Positions 1 to 26,224 of a stretch of 64,000 bases of DNA are shown in pieces. The DNA lies in assembly GCA_002269645.1 (NCBI GenBank), contig NIVC01002725.1, positions 62,001 through 126,000 of the forward strand, read 5' to 3'. Below the pieces are notes generated by a model. It saw only the letters and a program-made list of their open reading frames with translations. It was not told the origin of the DNA and made no database searches. Each line of letters begins with the position of its first letter. The first letter of the stretch is position 1. The translations under genes were made by a program, and so were the position numbers. The stretch comes from Macrostomum lignano (taxonomy: Eukaryota).

Positions 1-333
1 AGCCGTTAGTGAATATTAGCGAGCCATTAGTGATTTTTAGTGAGCCATTAGGGCAGTATTAGTGGCACATTAGTGAACATTTAGCGAGCCGTTAGGGCAA
101 TATAGTGAGTCAGGGAAATATTAGTGAAGCCATTAGAACAATATTAGTGACAAGGCCAACTCCTCCTTCGGAGAAGAAAGGAGAAGAACTCCCATCACCG
201 GAATCCCATTCCCTGAACTCCATCAGGCTAATCCCATTTTCCAACACCTCTCCGCGCAATAGAAATCGTCTCCGTGAAACTGGACTCAATCGAAATTTCT
301 CCGTCAAACAGAACTCAGCTCTCAGAATTCATT

Positions 334-363
334 GGTTAGGGTTAGGGTTAGGGTTAGGGTTAG
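334..363 (+). repeat. Short interstitial (TTAGGG)n
   Basis: About 4.7 perfect TTAGGG units. Confidence 0.9.
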
Positions 364-535
364 AGCTACACACAGTTGCGTGTTGAAAGGGGCCGGTAAA
401 AAAGCAATTTTTTTCTCATTCAGTCAATATCATGGTCTCAGTTAAAGTTAACAAAAATATTGCGCAATCTAATTCAACCCTCCAATACACAGAGACCGAT
501 CCCCTTCCAATACGCAGTGGCAATTAAAGGATAAT

Positions 536-741
536 CCATAGAAATAAAGACTTTCCGTGACAATATTTGCGTTCTCCGGGATTTTATTTGGTAATATTCA
601 ATAATATCCCGTAAAGTCTTTATGTCTATGGTTTATACGAGATTACACATGCCTTTTTCGGGAGTTATTTTCATAAATCCCTCGGGCCTTCGGGCCCTCG
701 GGCCCTCGTGATTTATACAAATAACTCCCTCAAAAGGCATG
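536..741. repeat. Two small palindromic MITE-like hairpins
   Basis: CCATAGAAATAAAGACTTT (536-554) is inverted at 613-631; 32-bp arms at 648-679 and 710-741 surround a GGGCCTTCGGGCCC centre. Confidence 0.7.
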
Positions 742-2529
742 TTTAATCTGATACTTAACAGATTATCTTTCCCTTATGCAGAAAAGCATGCTTTCGAATC
801 TTCATATTTTGAATTTCGAATTATTTATAGCTCGTAGCAAAAGCTCAAGAAGTTGAAGTTTAGTCTATGGCCATAGACATATTATTATTTCTCAAGTGCT
901 CACTGCGAGAAATATTTATTTATTTTTAGCTCATAGCATCGAAGCTACAATAAGTTGAAGTTTAGTCTATGGCCATAGACATATTGAGCTCTCACTGCGA
1001 GAAAAATACACTCATTAGATAGGGAAAATACAGTTTTTCGAATATTTAATCCCCTTAGCAATGAGCTAGAGCTCATTAAAATAGCTATAAACCCAATCCG
1101 GAAAATTTGCAGTTTTCCCATATAAGTTTCAACGCTGACTTGCCAGTAGTCTAGGAGAAAAATTGCAACACACATACAGACAGACAACGCACCACTTTTA
1201 GTATTAGGAGAGAGAGAGAAGAGAGAGAGAAGAGAGAGAAGCCATTAGAACAATATTAGTGAAGCCATTAGAACAATATTAGTGAGCTATTAGGGAAATA
1301 TTGGTTCACAAGTCATTAGGAAGCGATTACTGAGCCATCAGGACAATGTTAGTGAGTCATTAGTGAGTATCAGAGAGAAATTAGTGAATCTTCCTTAGCC
1401 AGAAAAAAGCAGAAAAAAGGGCAAAACCACTTCACGGTTTCATTGTGTCAGCCCAAATGGCGGACTTCCCCTCCTCAAACTCTTCCCCATTCGCTTCCGC
1501 CAACTGAAGGGGATCGAAAAAATGGCGTCAAGAAAATTCCGGATAGAATTTTACAATCAGCAATAAATCATGACTCGGCTGCGTGTTCACTGACACTGCC
1601 GTGCGGCACCTCAGCTGTTTGGAATGGCGACGCTTCATACCAGGAACTCAATAGAGTTTGCAGTTCGTAAAGAAATTTGCTAGTTCTTTTAACAAACAAG
1701 TAACTGCAAACTTTCGGTCTCTTAAGAGTTTGCTGCTAGCAATCTGCGCTTTCTAATTATCGCAATTGCAAGCAACGGCCGAGGGGGTAATATTTCCGCA
1801 AAGGCACTGCTAAATGCAACTTGGCAATCCTCTCGACTTTTGTCACCGTTAGTGTTCTTCTGCGTTCTCTAAGCACAGGCGGGTGAAGACACAAACCCTG
1901 ATGTTGCTGTACCCTTAGTCCCCACTGCCATTGATTAGTTGCTCTGTCTGGCCATGCCCCATCACCCTCCTCTCATCACTATTCCCCCTCCTCCCCCTCT
2001 TTTCCCTCCCCTCTGCCCCTCTGCCCCTCTCTCCCCTCTGCCCCTCTCTCCCATTGCCGCCTCTCTCCCCTCCCCTGTTCACCTCTCTATTATTTTCCAT
2101 CTCCGATCTCCCTATCTTTACCCTCTCACCTCGCCCCTCTCTTTACCCGTTCCCCTCTCTCCTCTCTCCCTTCCTCTGTTATCCTCTTCCCATTCTTTCC
2201 CCTCTCCCCTCTCTCCCCTTCTCTCTCTCAGAAGTGTTTTTCATTTATTCAATAATCTGCAGTCATTATTCAACGGCCAAGTGAAACCTGAAATTCAATC
2301 ATCACTGATAACACGCCACTATAGACCAAGAAGCGAAGTGTCACTCAAAAAATTCAACCTGCGGGACAAAAGTAAAAGCACAATGAATTATTTAACAGCT
2401 GCAGCTAATAGTGTCAGACACGCAAAGCATTCGCTCAGTTGGAAAATATCTTCAGGATTTCACCGTCTGAAAAAGTGCGACCCTTCTGTAAACTTTCTAC
2501 TAGAGATTTCTCCCGAGGAGGCTGAAATT

Positions 2530-3935
2530 CAAGGACTTATTATGTAGCAAAGATCTCGGACACAAGGCCAACAGTTTCAAGGTGCCCAAGGTCTGTCAGG
2601 CCCATAATAAACGAGAGATGCACTGGAGTCCATGCTGACAGAGGTGCTTTAGGCAATGCTGGCACATCACACCTCTGAGCTCTTTTCTCTCTCGATCTCC
2701 TATCCTTCTCTCACCTCTCTACCTCTCTCACCTCTCTACCTCTCTCACCTCTCTACCCCTCTCACCTCTAAACCTCTCTCACCTCTCAACCTCTCTCACC
2801 TCTCTACCTCTCTCACCTCTAAACCTCTCTCACCTCTCAACCTCTCTCACCTCTCAACCTCTCTCACCTCTCAACCTCTCTCACCTCTCTACCTCTCTCA
2901 CCTCTCAACCTCTCTCACCTCTCTACCTCTCTCACCTCTCAACCTCTCTCACCTCTCAACCTCTCTCACCTCTCTACCTCTCTCACCTCTCTACCTCTCT
3001 CACCTCTCTACCTCTTTCACCTCTCTACCTCTCTCACCTCTCTACCTCTCTCACCTCTCTCACCTCTCTCACCTCACTCACCTCTTTCTCCTCTCTTTCC
3101 TCTCTCACCTCTCTACCTCTCTCACCTCTCTTACCTCTCTCAACCTCTCTCACCTCTTTCTCCTCTCTTTCCTCTCTCACCTCTCTACCTCTCTCACCTC
3201 TCTTACCTCTCTCAACCTCTCTCACCTCTCTCACCTCACTCACCTCTTTTACCTCTCTCTCTCCTATCTCTCCTCTATCACTTCTCTTACCTCTCTCACC
3301 TCTCTCACCTCTCTCCCCTCTCTCACCTCTCTCACCTCTCTCTCCTCTCTCACCTCTCTCTCCTCTCTCTCCTCTCTCACCTCTCTCTCCTCTCTCCCTC
3401 TCTCACCTCTCTCTCCTCTCTCACCTCTCTCTCCTCTCTCACCTCTCTCCCCTCTCTCACCTCTCTCTCCTCTCTCACCTCTCTCCCCTCTTTCACCTCT
3501 CTCTCCTCTCTCACCTCTCTCTCCTCTCTCACCTCTCTCTCCTCTCTCACCTCTCTCTCCTCTCTCCCCTCTCTCACCTCTCTCTCCTCTCTCACCTCTC
3601 TCTCCTCTCTCACCTCTCTCCCCTCTCTCACCTCTCTCTCCTCTCTCACCTCTCTCCCCTCTTTCACCTCTCTCTCCTCTCTCACCTCTCTCTCCTCTCT
3701 CACCTCTCTCCCCTCTCTCACCTCTCTCTCCTCTCTCTCCTCTCTCCCCTCTTTCACCTCTCTCTCCTCTCTCACCTCTCTCTCCTCTCTCACCTCTCTC
3801 CCCTCTCTCACCTCTCTCTCCTCTCTCTCCTCTCTCACCTCTCTCACCTCTCTCTCCTCTCTCTCATCTCTCTCCTCTCTCACCTCTCTTACCTCTCTCA
3901 CCTCTCCCACCTCTCACCTGTCTCTCCTCTCACCT
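2530..3935 (+). repeat. Dispersed ~165-bp element followed by a long CT-rich (CTCTCAC-type) array
   Basis: 2530-2695 is a diverged copy of 5706-5870; pyrimidine array at 2696-3935. Confidence 0.85.
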
Positions 3936-4971
3936 TCCTGAATCTGAACCTTTAGAAAAGAAATAATAAATTTGCCTTAAAAAACATCTCGATTTGGGTA
4001 AGCTTTTTTGGCTGAAAACGCCAAAGCAAAAATAATCTGCATCTACTTTCAGCGGAAGCAACAACAGCAGATCAATCTTTTTTCATTGGCTCGGCTCCAT
4101 AATTATAATGTCCGATTTTTAGCTTTGGCTGACAGGCAGTTGGCCATGGGTAGGCTGGAGGCGGGCCAAGGTAACCTAACTCTCAATGTACTAAACTGTA
4201 ATTGATCTTGACAGCTGCAAGGATTTACTGCATTGATTTTTGGGGGGGGCAGTCAGTTTTAATGCCAGTCGCAAAGAATTAGCTAGCTTGATGGAGAAGC
4301 AAATGAAGATGGGCAAATCTGATATTTGTGTTTCATTACAAATCAAATTGCTTTTCTAAGCACCGTTAGATAATTAAAGTGAATAATTAAACAGGGAAGA
4401 CAGGTAATAATTAATTAATAATAATTTATTTATTTTATATATATTTTATTTTTATTTATTTTTTTATTATTATTTATTATTTATTTAATTTTATTATTAT
4501 TTTATTTATTATTTATATTTATTATATTATATTAATTATTATATTATTGATTTATTTATTAGTTAATAATTTAATTTTATAATTTAATAATAATTAATAA
4601 TTAAACAGGGAAGATAGGTAATTAGGTCGGTGAGATAGATAGTTACACAGGTGAGATAAATAATAGTTTAACTGATGAGATAGATAATTAACCCGGTGAA
4701 GTAGATAATTAAACCGGTGAGATTGATAATTAAACAGGTGAGATAGATAACTAAAAGATCATAGCAGCAGCAGCAGCAAGAGACCTGCATATGGTATCAT
4801 AGCATTTTCAGCATGCACAGCGTGCACTGCAGTTACTATAGCTAGGTGCGATATTTTAGCGATTAAACACGAAAAAAATCCCCCGACCAACTGTGTGCCC
4901 CAATATTCCAGGCCTGCCGGATACGGCGGCGCCTCCATGAAGTTAAAGAAGAATGACGATGATGAAAGACG

Positions 4972-4974
<3 letters not shown>

Positions 4975-5043
<69 letters not shown>
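4975..5043. repeat. (CA)n-(CT)n compound microsatellite
   Basis: Direct reading. Confidence 0.95.
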
Positions 5044-5046
<3 letters not shown>

Positions 5047-5705
5047 CGTTGCTGACATACCATTAGTGACGCTTGAGGGGAGAAAGTGGATGTGGGAGGA
5101 GCAAGTCATTGGGGAGGGGCAGGTTGGGTGGGGGAGTGTTGGGGTGAGGGGCGAAAACTCTGCTTCTGATTTCGTCTTAAGCGGGCGGCGCCACAGCGCA
5201 GAAAAATCTGACGCAGAGCAGAATTGAAGGCCAGAATGAAGAAGGCGATGGTGGTAGGAATCTGGGAAGAATCACCTAAGAATCCCCATCACGGCCACTC
5301 ACGCAAGTCCCGCCTTCTAACACGCTGGCTCCATGCAATTGTTGCGAGGCGGCGGTTGGAAAAAAGAAGAGAAAAAAAATCGCTGAATAAAAAAAAACGA
5401 AAAAGAAGAAGACTCTCCTACAAGAGTAAAGTTTTTCTGAAAGGCGCGTTGCTATACAGCAGGGTTTGCTACACTTTGTTATAATGGGGAGGGCTGCCTC
5501 CTGCCAGGTGAATGGGGGCGGAGGACAAGGAGGGAAAGGCGACAGCGTAGGGGGAGGCTGCAGGTTTTTGGTGGGTTATAAATAATTTATCCAAAGGCGA
5601 GTGACAGCCTTGTGGGGATAGAGGGCAGTGCAACACATAGTGGGCGGGGTTGAGTATTAACGTATTAACAGTATACGGTATTCATCACAGAGTTTCAAGT
5701 TTACA

Positions 5706-6103
5706 CAAGGACTTATTATATAGTAAAGATCTCTGAAACAGGGCCAACTGTTGCCCAAGGTGCCCAAGGTCTGTCAGGCACATAATAAACCAGAGATGCG
5801 CTGGAGACCACTCTGACAGAGGTGCTTTAGGCAATACTGGTATCTCACACCTCTGAGCTCTTTTCTCTCGATCTACTCTCTCTCATCTCTCGTCTCTCCT
5901 CTATCGTACCTTTCATCTCTCAGTTCTCTCTCTTCACTCACCTCTCCTTTTTCACCTCTCTCACCTCTCCTCTCTCACCTCTCTCACCTCTCCTCTCTCA
6001 CCTCTCTCACCTCTCCTCTCTCACCTCTCTCACTTCTCCTCTCTCACCTCTCTCACCTCTCTCATCTCTCTCACCTCTCTCACCTCTCACCTCTCACCTC
6101 TCT
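5706..6103 (+). repeat. Second copy of the ~165-bp element plus CT-rich array
   Basis: Shared CAAGGACTTATTA...GGTGCCCAAGGTCTGTCAGGC...CACACCTCTGAGCTCTTTTCTCTC. Confidence 0.85.
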
Positions 6104-6831
6104 CGCAAATTCTAGACATATAGCTCTTGGGAGAAGAGCTGTAACTCCGCATCCAAGGTTTTTTTCCGGTAGCTCACCTGGGGGTAATAGAGGGTTTCTG
6201 AGGCTTCTGATAGATTCTGAAGTGGTCAAAAAAGCAATAACCAACAAGGTTGAGTTTTGTATTTGGCCTGTTGCCCACAATCACGGATAGAAGGAAATTT
6301 AGTGATAGATTCACACCTGAGTCATCGCCAGGCTTTAGCCAGGCTTAACGGCCTCGTTAAGTAACAAAGATTGAATTTAAGCGAAAAAATTGAAAGAATT
6401 AATCAAAAGCTTTACTTATCTTCCCCTCAAACCAAGTCATCCGAATATCGGTTTGTTCACGTCTGCGCGAACTTCCATAGGTTTAGAAGCAGCTATTTAT
6501 AGCTATGGGAGAAGCCGCCTTAACCTCTGACTCACTCACCTGATCCCCGATGTTCAAAGACGGCGGCTTAGATGGGGTTTGGGTTTTAAGCTAAAAAATG
6601 TTTTTCTTTTCTTGAGCCGCCCAGACGCAACAGCGGGTTATCAAAGTCGCGAATCTTTTCTTCTTTTATATTTATCGGCTTCCCTGTTCACGCTTGCGCG
6701 ATCGGCTTTCTGGCTGGCTGGCCCTCTGTGTGCGGCTTCCGAACTGCTTATTACAAATGGCTCTGCTCTGACTGGGGGCAGGTCTGGCTTGATAGTCTGG
6801 CATGGATTCTTGTCTGCCTTAGCGTCTGCCT

Positions 6832-7250
6832 CAGTGTCTGTCCTAATCTGTCCCAGTGTCTGTCCTAATCTGTCCCAGTGTCTGTCCTAATCTGTCCCAG
6901 TGTCTGCCCCAGTGTCTGTCCCAGTCTGTCCTAGTGTCTGTCCTAGTGTCTGTCCTAGTGTCTGTCCCAGTGTCTGTCCTAGTGTCTGTCCCAGTGTCTG
7001 TCCCAGTGTCTGTCCCAGTGTCTGTCCTAGTGTCTGTCCCAGTGTCTGTCCCAGTGTCTGTCCCAGTGTCTGTCCCAGTGTCTGTCCCAGTGTCTGCCTC
7101 AGTGTCTGTCCCAGTGTCTGTCCTAGTGTCTGTCCTAGTGTCTGTCCCAGTGTCTGTCCCAGTGTCTGTCCCAGTGTCTGTCCCAGTGTCTGTCCCAGTG
7201 TCTGTCCTAGTGTCTGTCCCAGTGTCTGTCCCAGTGTCTGTCCTAGTGTC
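6832..7250. repeat. 12-bp minisatellite (AGTGTCTGTCCC)
   Basis: Direct reading. Confidence 0.95.
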
Positions 7251-8454
7251 TTCTCCCGAGAAGCGCAGCTTCTTATTAACTTATTAACTCAGTAAGGGCA
7301 ATAGAAGATCCATTAAGATTATCTCCATAATTTGTCTCCATCTCAATTTCGTCCACAGCATTTCTGATCACCAATGCTTTTCAAAGTGGCATAAATATTG
7401 TAAAATGTCGCTTTTTCCTTTGACAGAATCTTCTGTTCTCGCTAGTTTTGGCCTGCAACTTTGCCTTCTGATGCCTCATCCAATCTCTCAATCATAAAGC
7501 CTATATCCCTTGGCAAAGCGTATAGCGGTATCCATTGCGATTGTGAAATCGTAATCCTCTCAGGTTTGCTTTTCTTTGGGAAAACTAGAATGAACTACTA
7601 GAAAAAGGAATTGTTGCCGTTTGAGCAGTGGATTAAAACTTGAATAGACCTGAGCCGATTGAAGTGTGTTTCATCAGACTCAATAGGGAAAATGATCTCA
7701 TTGCCTCACTGTATGAGTAGCTTTTGATGACTTCCTCAACTACCCCTACTCTCACTCGTATTTATAGAAACTAGAAACCATGAAGTCATCCGCTAATCCG
7801 TGGATTTCTAATTGCGGAATCTGGAGTGGTACTCTTTAAAGGAAACTGTGCACTTCAGTTAGCTCTCCTTAACCCTGGAGTTGGGTCCTGTCTCTTCACA
7901 GCTCTCTTCTCTCTTATCTCTCCTCTCTCATCTCTTCTCTCCTCTCTCCTCTCCTCTCTTCTCTCTTCCTCTCTCCTCTTTTCTTCTCTGCTCTCCTTTC
8001 ATCTATACTCTTATCTACGTGCTCGTACCATTTCCATCTCTTATCTTCTCTCTCATCTCCTATCCTCTCTCACCTGGGCCGCAGCCATCAACTGGATTAT
8101 TTATTCTTGCTTACCCTGCCCCAACTTGTCAATCTAATGGAAGTCATGGGAAGTCTTCGAACTATAAGTCTCTTATGATGATTAATAATAGTCTATTTAA
8201 AGGTATAGCGTAAATCAATTAACAAAATAACACCATAGGAAAGTTATACAAATCTGAATTTCTCCTAACCTGAGGGTCGTTTCTGTGATTGAAGGCTGGA
8301 TTTCTATTTTGCAGCACTGGAGAAATCCTACGTTATTTTATATGCCATCGAACTGTAGGGGAGGGGATGTACCTTTTTGCACTTTTAGCACTCACTTTTA
8401 GGCGAGAAATTATCATTTGCAAAGCAATCATCTGAGCACTGCTCCTTTAGAAAA

Positions 8455-8866
8455 ATCCCGATCCCAAATCCCGATCCCGAATCCCGATCCCAAATCCCGA
8501 TCCCAAATCCCGATCACAAAATCCCTGACAACAAAATCCCCGACCAAAAAAATACCCGATCCCAAATCCGGATCCCAAATCCCGATCCCAAATCCCGATC
8601 CCAAATCCCGATCCCAAATCCCGATCCCAAATCCCGATCCCGAATCCCGATCCCGAATCCCGATCCCAAATCCCGATCCCAAATCCCTGACAACAAAATC
8701 CCCGACCAAAAAATACCCGATCCCAAATCCGGATCCCGAATCCCGTTCCCGAATCTCGATTCCAAATCCCGATCCCAAATCCCGATCCCAAATCCCGATT
8801 CCAAATCCCGATCCCAAATCCCGATCCCAAATCTCGATCCTAAATCCCGATCCCAAATCCCGATCC
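8455..8866. repeat. 12-bp minisatellite (AATCCCGATCCC/A) with a duplicated higher-order block
   Basis: Direct reading; the ccctgacaacaaaatccccgaccaaaa interruption occurs twice. Confidence 0.9.
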
Positions 8867-8943
8867 AAAAGATACATTTTAATCCCTATCTCAGAATCTT
8901 GAAGCGGCGCTAAAATCCCATATCCCCATTCCGCATCCCGCAG

Positions 8944-22252
<13,309 letters not shown>

Positions 22253-22894
22253 CACACAGCGTGATTAAGTGGAACCTGTTGAGATCTGACCTGACTCAAG
22301 ATGCTTCTTGTTTTCTGCGCCTAGATATGAAACAGTCTCCATGCTTATGAAAATCCGCGAGGTTGTTCCCAAATTGAATTTTAAATCTGGGCACAATGGC
22401 TTGCAGATCAACTGTAATCTGCTTAGAACTATCATCTGTTGTTTAGCGATCTACAATAGCACGTGAATGCAATTGTTGTAATCTTCATTCGCATACAATT
22501 ATACTATAAAAACTACTGCCGATTATTGCATATCATGCTGTCATGTCCCAATCGCACTACTCACTGTCAGTTGCTCAGTAGTATAATTCTAGTAATATTT
22601 ATTCATTACCGTATGCAATAGATAATTCGATCACAACTTTAGAAAAATTACGAGTATTTGTTTTATTTCTAAGAAAAATTGGACACTGAAACAGGATGAA
22701 CTTGTATAAATAAATTGTTGCAATGACTTTTCTACCGCTTTGACTTTTTAGAATAATAACCGAATTCCCAACAAATGACTGTATAGATCTTGAATACGAA
22801 ATTTTTAACAACTAAATAGTAAATTTCAGTCTTTTCCCTTAAAAATTGTACTTCCTCCATTTCCTCTGCTCACGTATCCCTTCTATCCTCTCCC

Positions 22895-23190
22895 CTCCTC
22901 TCCTCTCCTCTGCTCTCCTCTCCTCTCCTCTCCTCTCCTCTCCTCTCCTCTCCTCTCCTCTCCTCTCCTCTCCTCTCCTCTCCTCTCCTCTTCTCTCCTC
23001 TCCTCTCCTCTCCTCTCCTCTCCTCTCCTCTCCTCTCCTCTCCTCTCCTCTCCTCTCCTCTCCTCTCCTCTCCTCTCCTCTCCTCTCCTCTCCTCTCCTC
23101 TCCTCTCCTCTCCTCTCCTCTCCTCTCCTCTCCTCTCCTCTCATCTCCTCTCCTTTCCTCTCCTCTCCTCTCCTCTCCTCTCCTCTCTGT
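22895..23190. repeat. (CTCTC)n pentanucleotide microsatellite
   Basis: Direct reading. Confidence 0.97.
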
Positions 23191-23296
23191 CCTCTTCTGT
23201 CCTCTCTTCTTCACTTACCCTCCTCTCCCCACCTGCCTCTCATCCCTTATCTCGTTAACAAATAAGCCGCTGACATTCAGTAATTCACAATCGCAC

Positions 23297-23761
23297 CAGC
23301 TGCGCACCTGTCGGGCACAGGTGCACGGCTCCACCTTCGCAATAAATAGATTTTAATCATAAGCCAATAATTCATTCCGAATTTCATCTCTAGCGATGCA
23401 GACACATAGCTACACCTTGACCCACATCTCTCTATAGGCAGATGGCCCAGGCTAGATAAAGAACGCGATCTTACAGTGCAGTTTGCTTAAAACTTTGATT
23501 ACAGCAGCCCCTATGCGCGTACAGCTCGTGATTATAATTTTCGCAAAGCAACACAAGCCTCTGTTTAGATCGGCTCTGATTTAACCAATTGGCTTTTCGG
23601 ATCAGAGATAAAGCTCAAAGCCGCTGCTGCTATGCAAAATCCACACTAAATCTGGGGTTGGGGGCATATTTGCACAGTTTAAACAAATGTTTCATAAGCG
23701 CGGCAGTTCAATAGGGTAATGGGGGCAGGAGATTGCGGTCGCAGTATGTTCTCTGACGTCA
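23297..23761. promoter_or_regulatory. Candidate enhancer: E-box triplet plus CRE
   Basis: CAGCTG 23297, CACCTG 23305 and CAGGTG 23318 within 27 bp; TGACGTCA 23754-23761. Unique sequence between the Kirre-like and SLC6 genes. Confidence 0.35.
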
Positions 23762-24994
23762 CGAAGGTATTACCGGCATTCATACTTTTGTTTAACTTTT
23801 CGCTCTGTTCAATCTGAATCTGGAAACTTCTGCATATAGTAACTATGCTAAGTGCCAGGGACCTTTGGAATTTAGATTTACTTGACTGGGAGCAGATCTG
23901 CCAAAATTGTTTATTAAATGCCTTTTTTAATTTCCAAACTATTTTATTTTTGTTATACTCGTACTAGCTATATTTTCGGTTAATTTGTTCTGCAATCAGC
24001 TTTTGAAAATTATGTTTGATTAAAATCCTAAAATATTTTGAAAAAAAACGAAGAAATGAAGTAAAATAAAATATTTATGAAATCATCAATAAATATGAAT
24101 TTAAAAAGTACAAAAATGCAGAAAATCAAGTTGCAAATTGCTGCTATTTATTTTTATTTTTAACTATTTTACGATGATTCGTTTGATAATTGAATGCATT
24201 AAAAGAATTAACCAGTTGTCCAAGCACAAATATACATAGTTACGAGTATATTTTTCAATAGTTTGGCAGAGGCTATTCGTACTTTATAAAAGCCGAAAAA
24301 TCGAGATATAAAAATCTAAAAAATCTTTAAAAAACAAAGTTTTTGACAAGCGGTTTGAAAAGGATTTGTATACTATCTAGCTTTTGTTTTAACCTAACGA
24401 TGTTTACCATGGGCCTATCGTACAAATAATATACTACGAAAATGCACCAATGAAAACTAAATACTAACAATTCCTCCGCGCCCTACAACGATTTAAACAA
24501 AAATGAACTACGCTAACAAATTAACAAATTTAAAGCAAATACTGTACCGTTCCCAACCAGTTTGTGTGTCAAAATCGATCTTGCGTGTCGCGTTGTGTGT
24601 GGGCACCTGCTGGCACCTGCCAGGGCAAAACCGAGATCATGTAGGTCCCTTGATCCAGGAACAGTGCAACGTCCGACATTAATATTATTTGAACATATTA
24701 TAAACACTGGCAGCTTAGATAGCAGTTCAGATAGCTTCCATGCCCACCTCTCAAACGGCCGCGGGCAAGCATTTTAGAAGCCAAGCTAAAAGAACACTGA
24801 CTGATCCTGGCAACCCTGCGAGCCCCGTATTATAAACACAAGCCTGGAATTTCTGCCAGAAAAACTGCAGTTAAAACGATTCAACCACTTGAATAAGTCC
24901 CTTTTTAATTCGGTTTGCAAAATCAAAACTTCCTACAAAAAATTGCAAGCGCAAAGTTGGCAAATATAGTTGGGAATTATCTGGGTTTTTCTGC

Positions 24995-25535
24995 GCGCCC
25001 TAGAACCCAAAACTGTGCGAAATAGAACCCGAATCTGAGCGAAATAGAACCCAAATCTGAGCGAAATAGAACCCGAATCTGAGCGAAATAGAACCCAAAT
25101 CTGTGCGAAATAGAACCCGAATCTGAGCAAAATAGAACCCGAATATGTGCGCCCTAGAAGCCGAATCTGTGCGAAATAGAACCAGAATCTGTGCGAAATA
25201 GAACCCAAATCTGAGCGAAATAAAACCCAAATCTGTGCGAAATAGAACCCGAATCTGAGCGAAATAGAACCCAAATCTGTGCGAAAAAGAACCCGATTTT
25301 GCGCGCCCTAGAACCCGATTTTGCGCGCCCTAGAACCCGATTTTGCGCGCCTTAGAACCCGAATCTGCGCGCCCTAGAACCCGAATCTGCGCGCCCTAGA
25401 ACCCGAATCTGCGCGCCCTAGAACCCGAATCTGCGCGCCCTAGAACCCGAATCTGCGCGCCCTAGAACCCGATTTTGCGCTCCCTAGAACCCGATTTTGC
25501 GCTCCCTAGAACCCGAATCTGCGCGCCCTAGAACC
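24995..25535. repeat. 21/22-bp minisatellite (GCGAAATAGAACCCGAATCTGA grading to GCGCGCCCTAGAACCCGAATCT)
   Basis: Direct reading. Confidence 0.92.
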
Positions 25536-26224
25536 TGATTCTTTTCCTAATTGATAAGTGCAATACCATAGCTTTCTGCGAAATGTCCCGCGAGGCCCAA
25601 AGTAGACATATCTGTCCAAACATTCGAAGCAATGCTTTGAGATGAAATCTTCTCGCTAATAAATGTTGCCATATACAGTCACGTGCTTTGGTCAGTTTTT
25701 CCCGAAAAGTATGGAAAGCCAAATATTGAATCGAATCTGTTGCGACCCGAAGTCGTGCCGGAATTCAACCCAGGGATTTTTGTTTTGCTTGTGCTTTTTC
25801 GATTTTTCTTCAAAAACTGATTTCATTTTGTCGCTTTTGCTTTGGTTTGATCAGTGGGAGCTGGGATTTTCTAAGAAACTAGAATAGAGAATAATTAACA
25901 GAAATTTCGAGGAAATCATTTATCTCGGTGTACAGAAAATGCATTAGCATATATTAATAAATTTAGTTTTCTGAACTCTTCTGAAAAGCTGCCACACCTG
26001 GCTTTAACTACCCACTCTGCTTACCCGGCTGGGTTGCTCTTTGATGGCACTTGTGGTGTCCGGTTTCTGTCGCGTGCGATCTTCTTAACCTCCGTCTTTG
26101 CCTGTCCATGGACGTTTAAACAGAAAAGAACCTGGAACAAGAGACTCCTAAATTCGAATGAATTTGCAGAATAATACCAATTACTTCGTACTTGTCAACG
26201 CTGCCTCAGTTATCAAGATGTCTT

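Larger units (their letters stand above)
1..1390. repeat. Degenerate ~21-bp repeat blocks (AGTGAGCCATTAGGGCAATATT-like) at 1-148 and 1241-1390
   Basis: Repeated agccattag / tagtga motifs in both blocks. Confidence 0.7.

Noticed and set aside
110-2400. Possible minus-strand exons (110-307, ~1420-1507, ~2290-2360)
   Set aside because: Acceptor-like sites exist, but frames contain stops or unrecognisable peptides, so no gene model is supportable.
4759-5484. Short ORFs around the CA/CT microsatellite (possible first exon of a minus-strand gene or of the Kirre-like gene)
   Set aside because: The region looks promoter- or UTR-like, but I could not connect any ORF to other exons with consistent splice phase.
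6579-6890. Hydrophobic ORF as signal-peptide exon of the Ig gene
   Set aside because: No ATG start and no phase-1 donor matching exon 8944.
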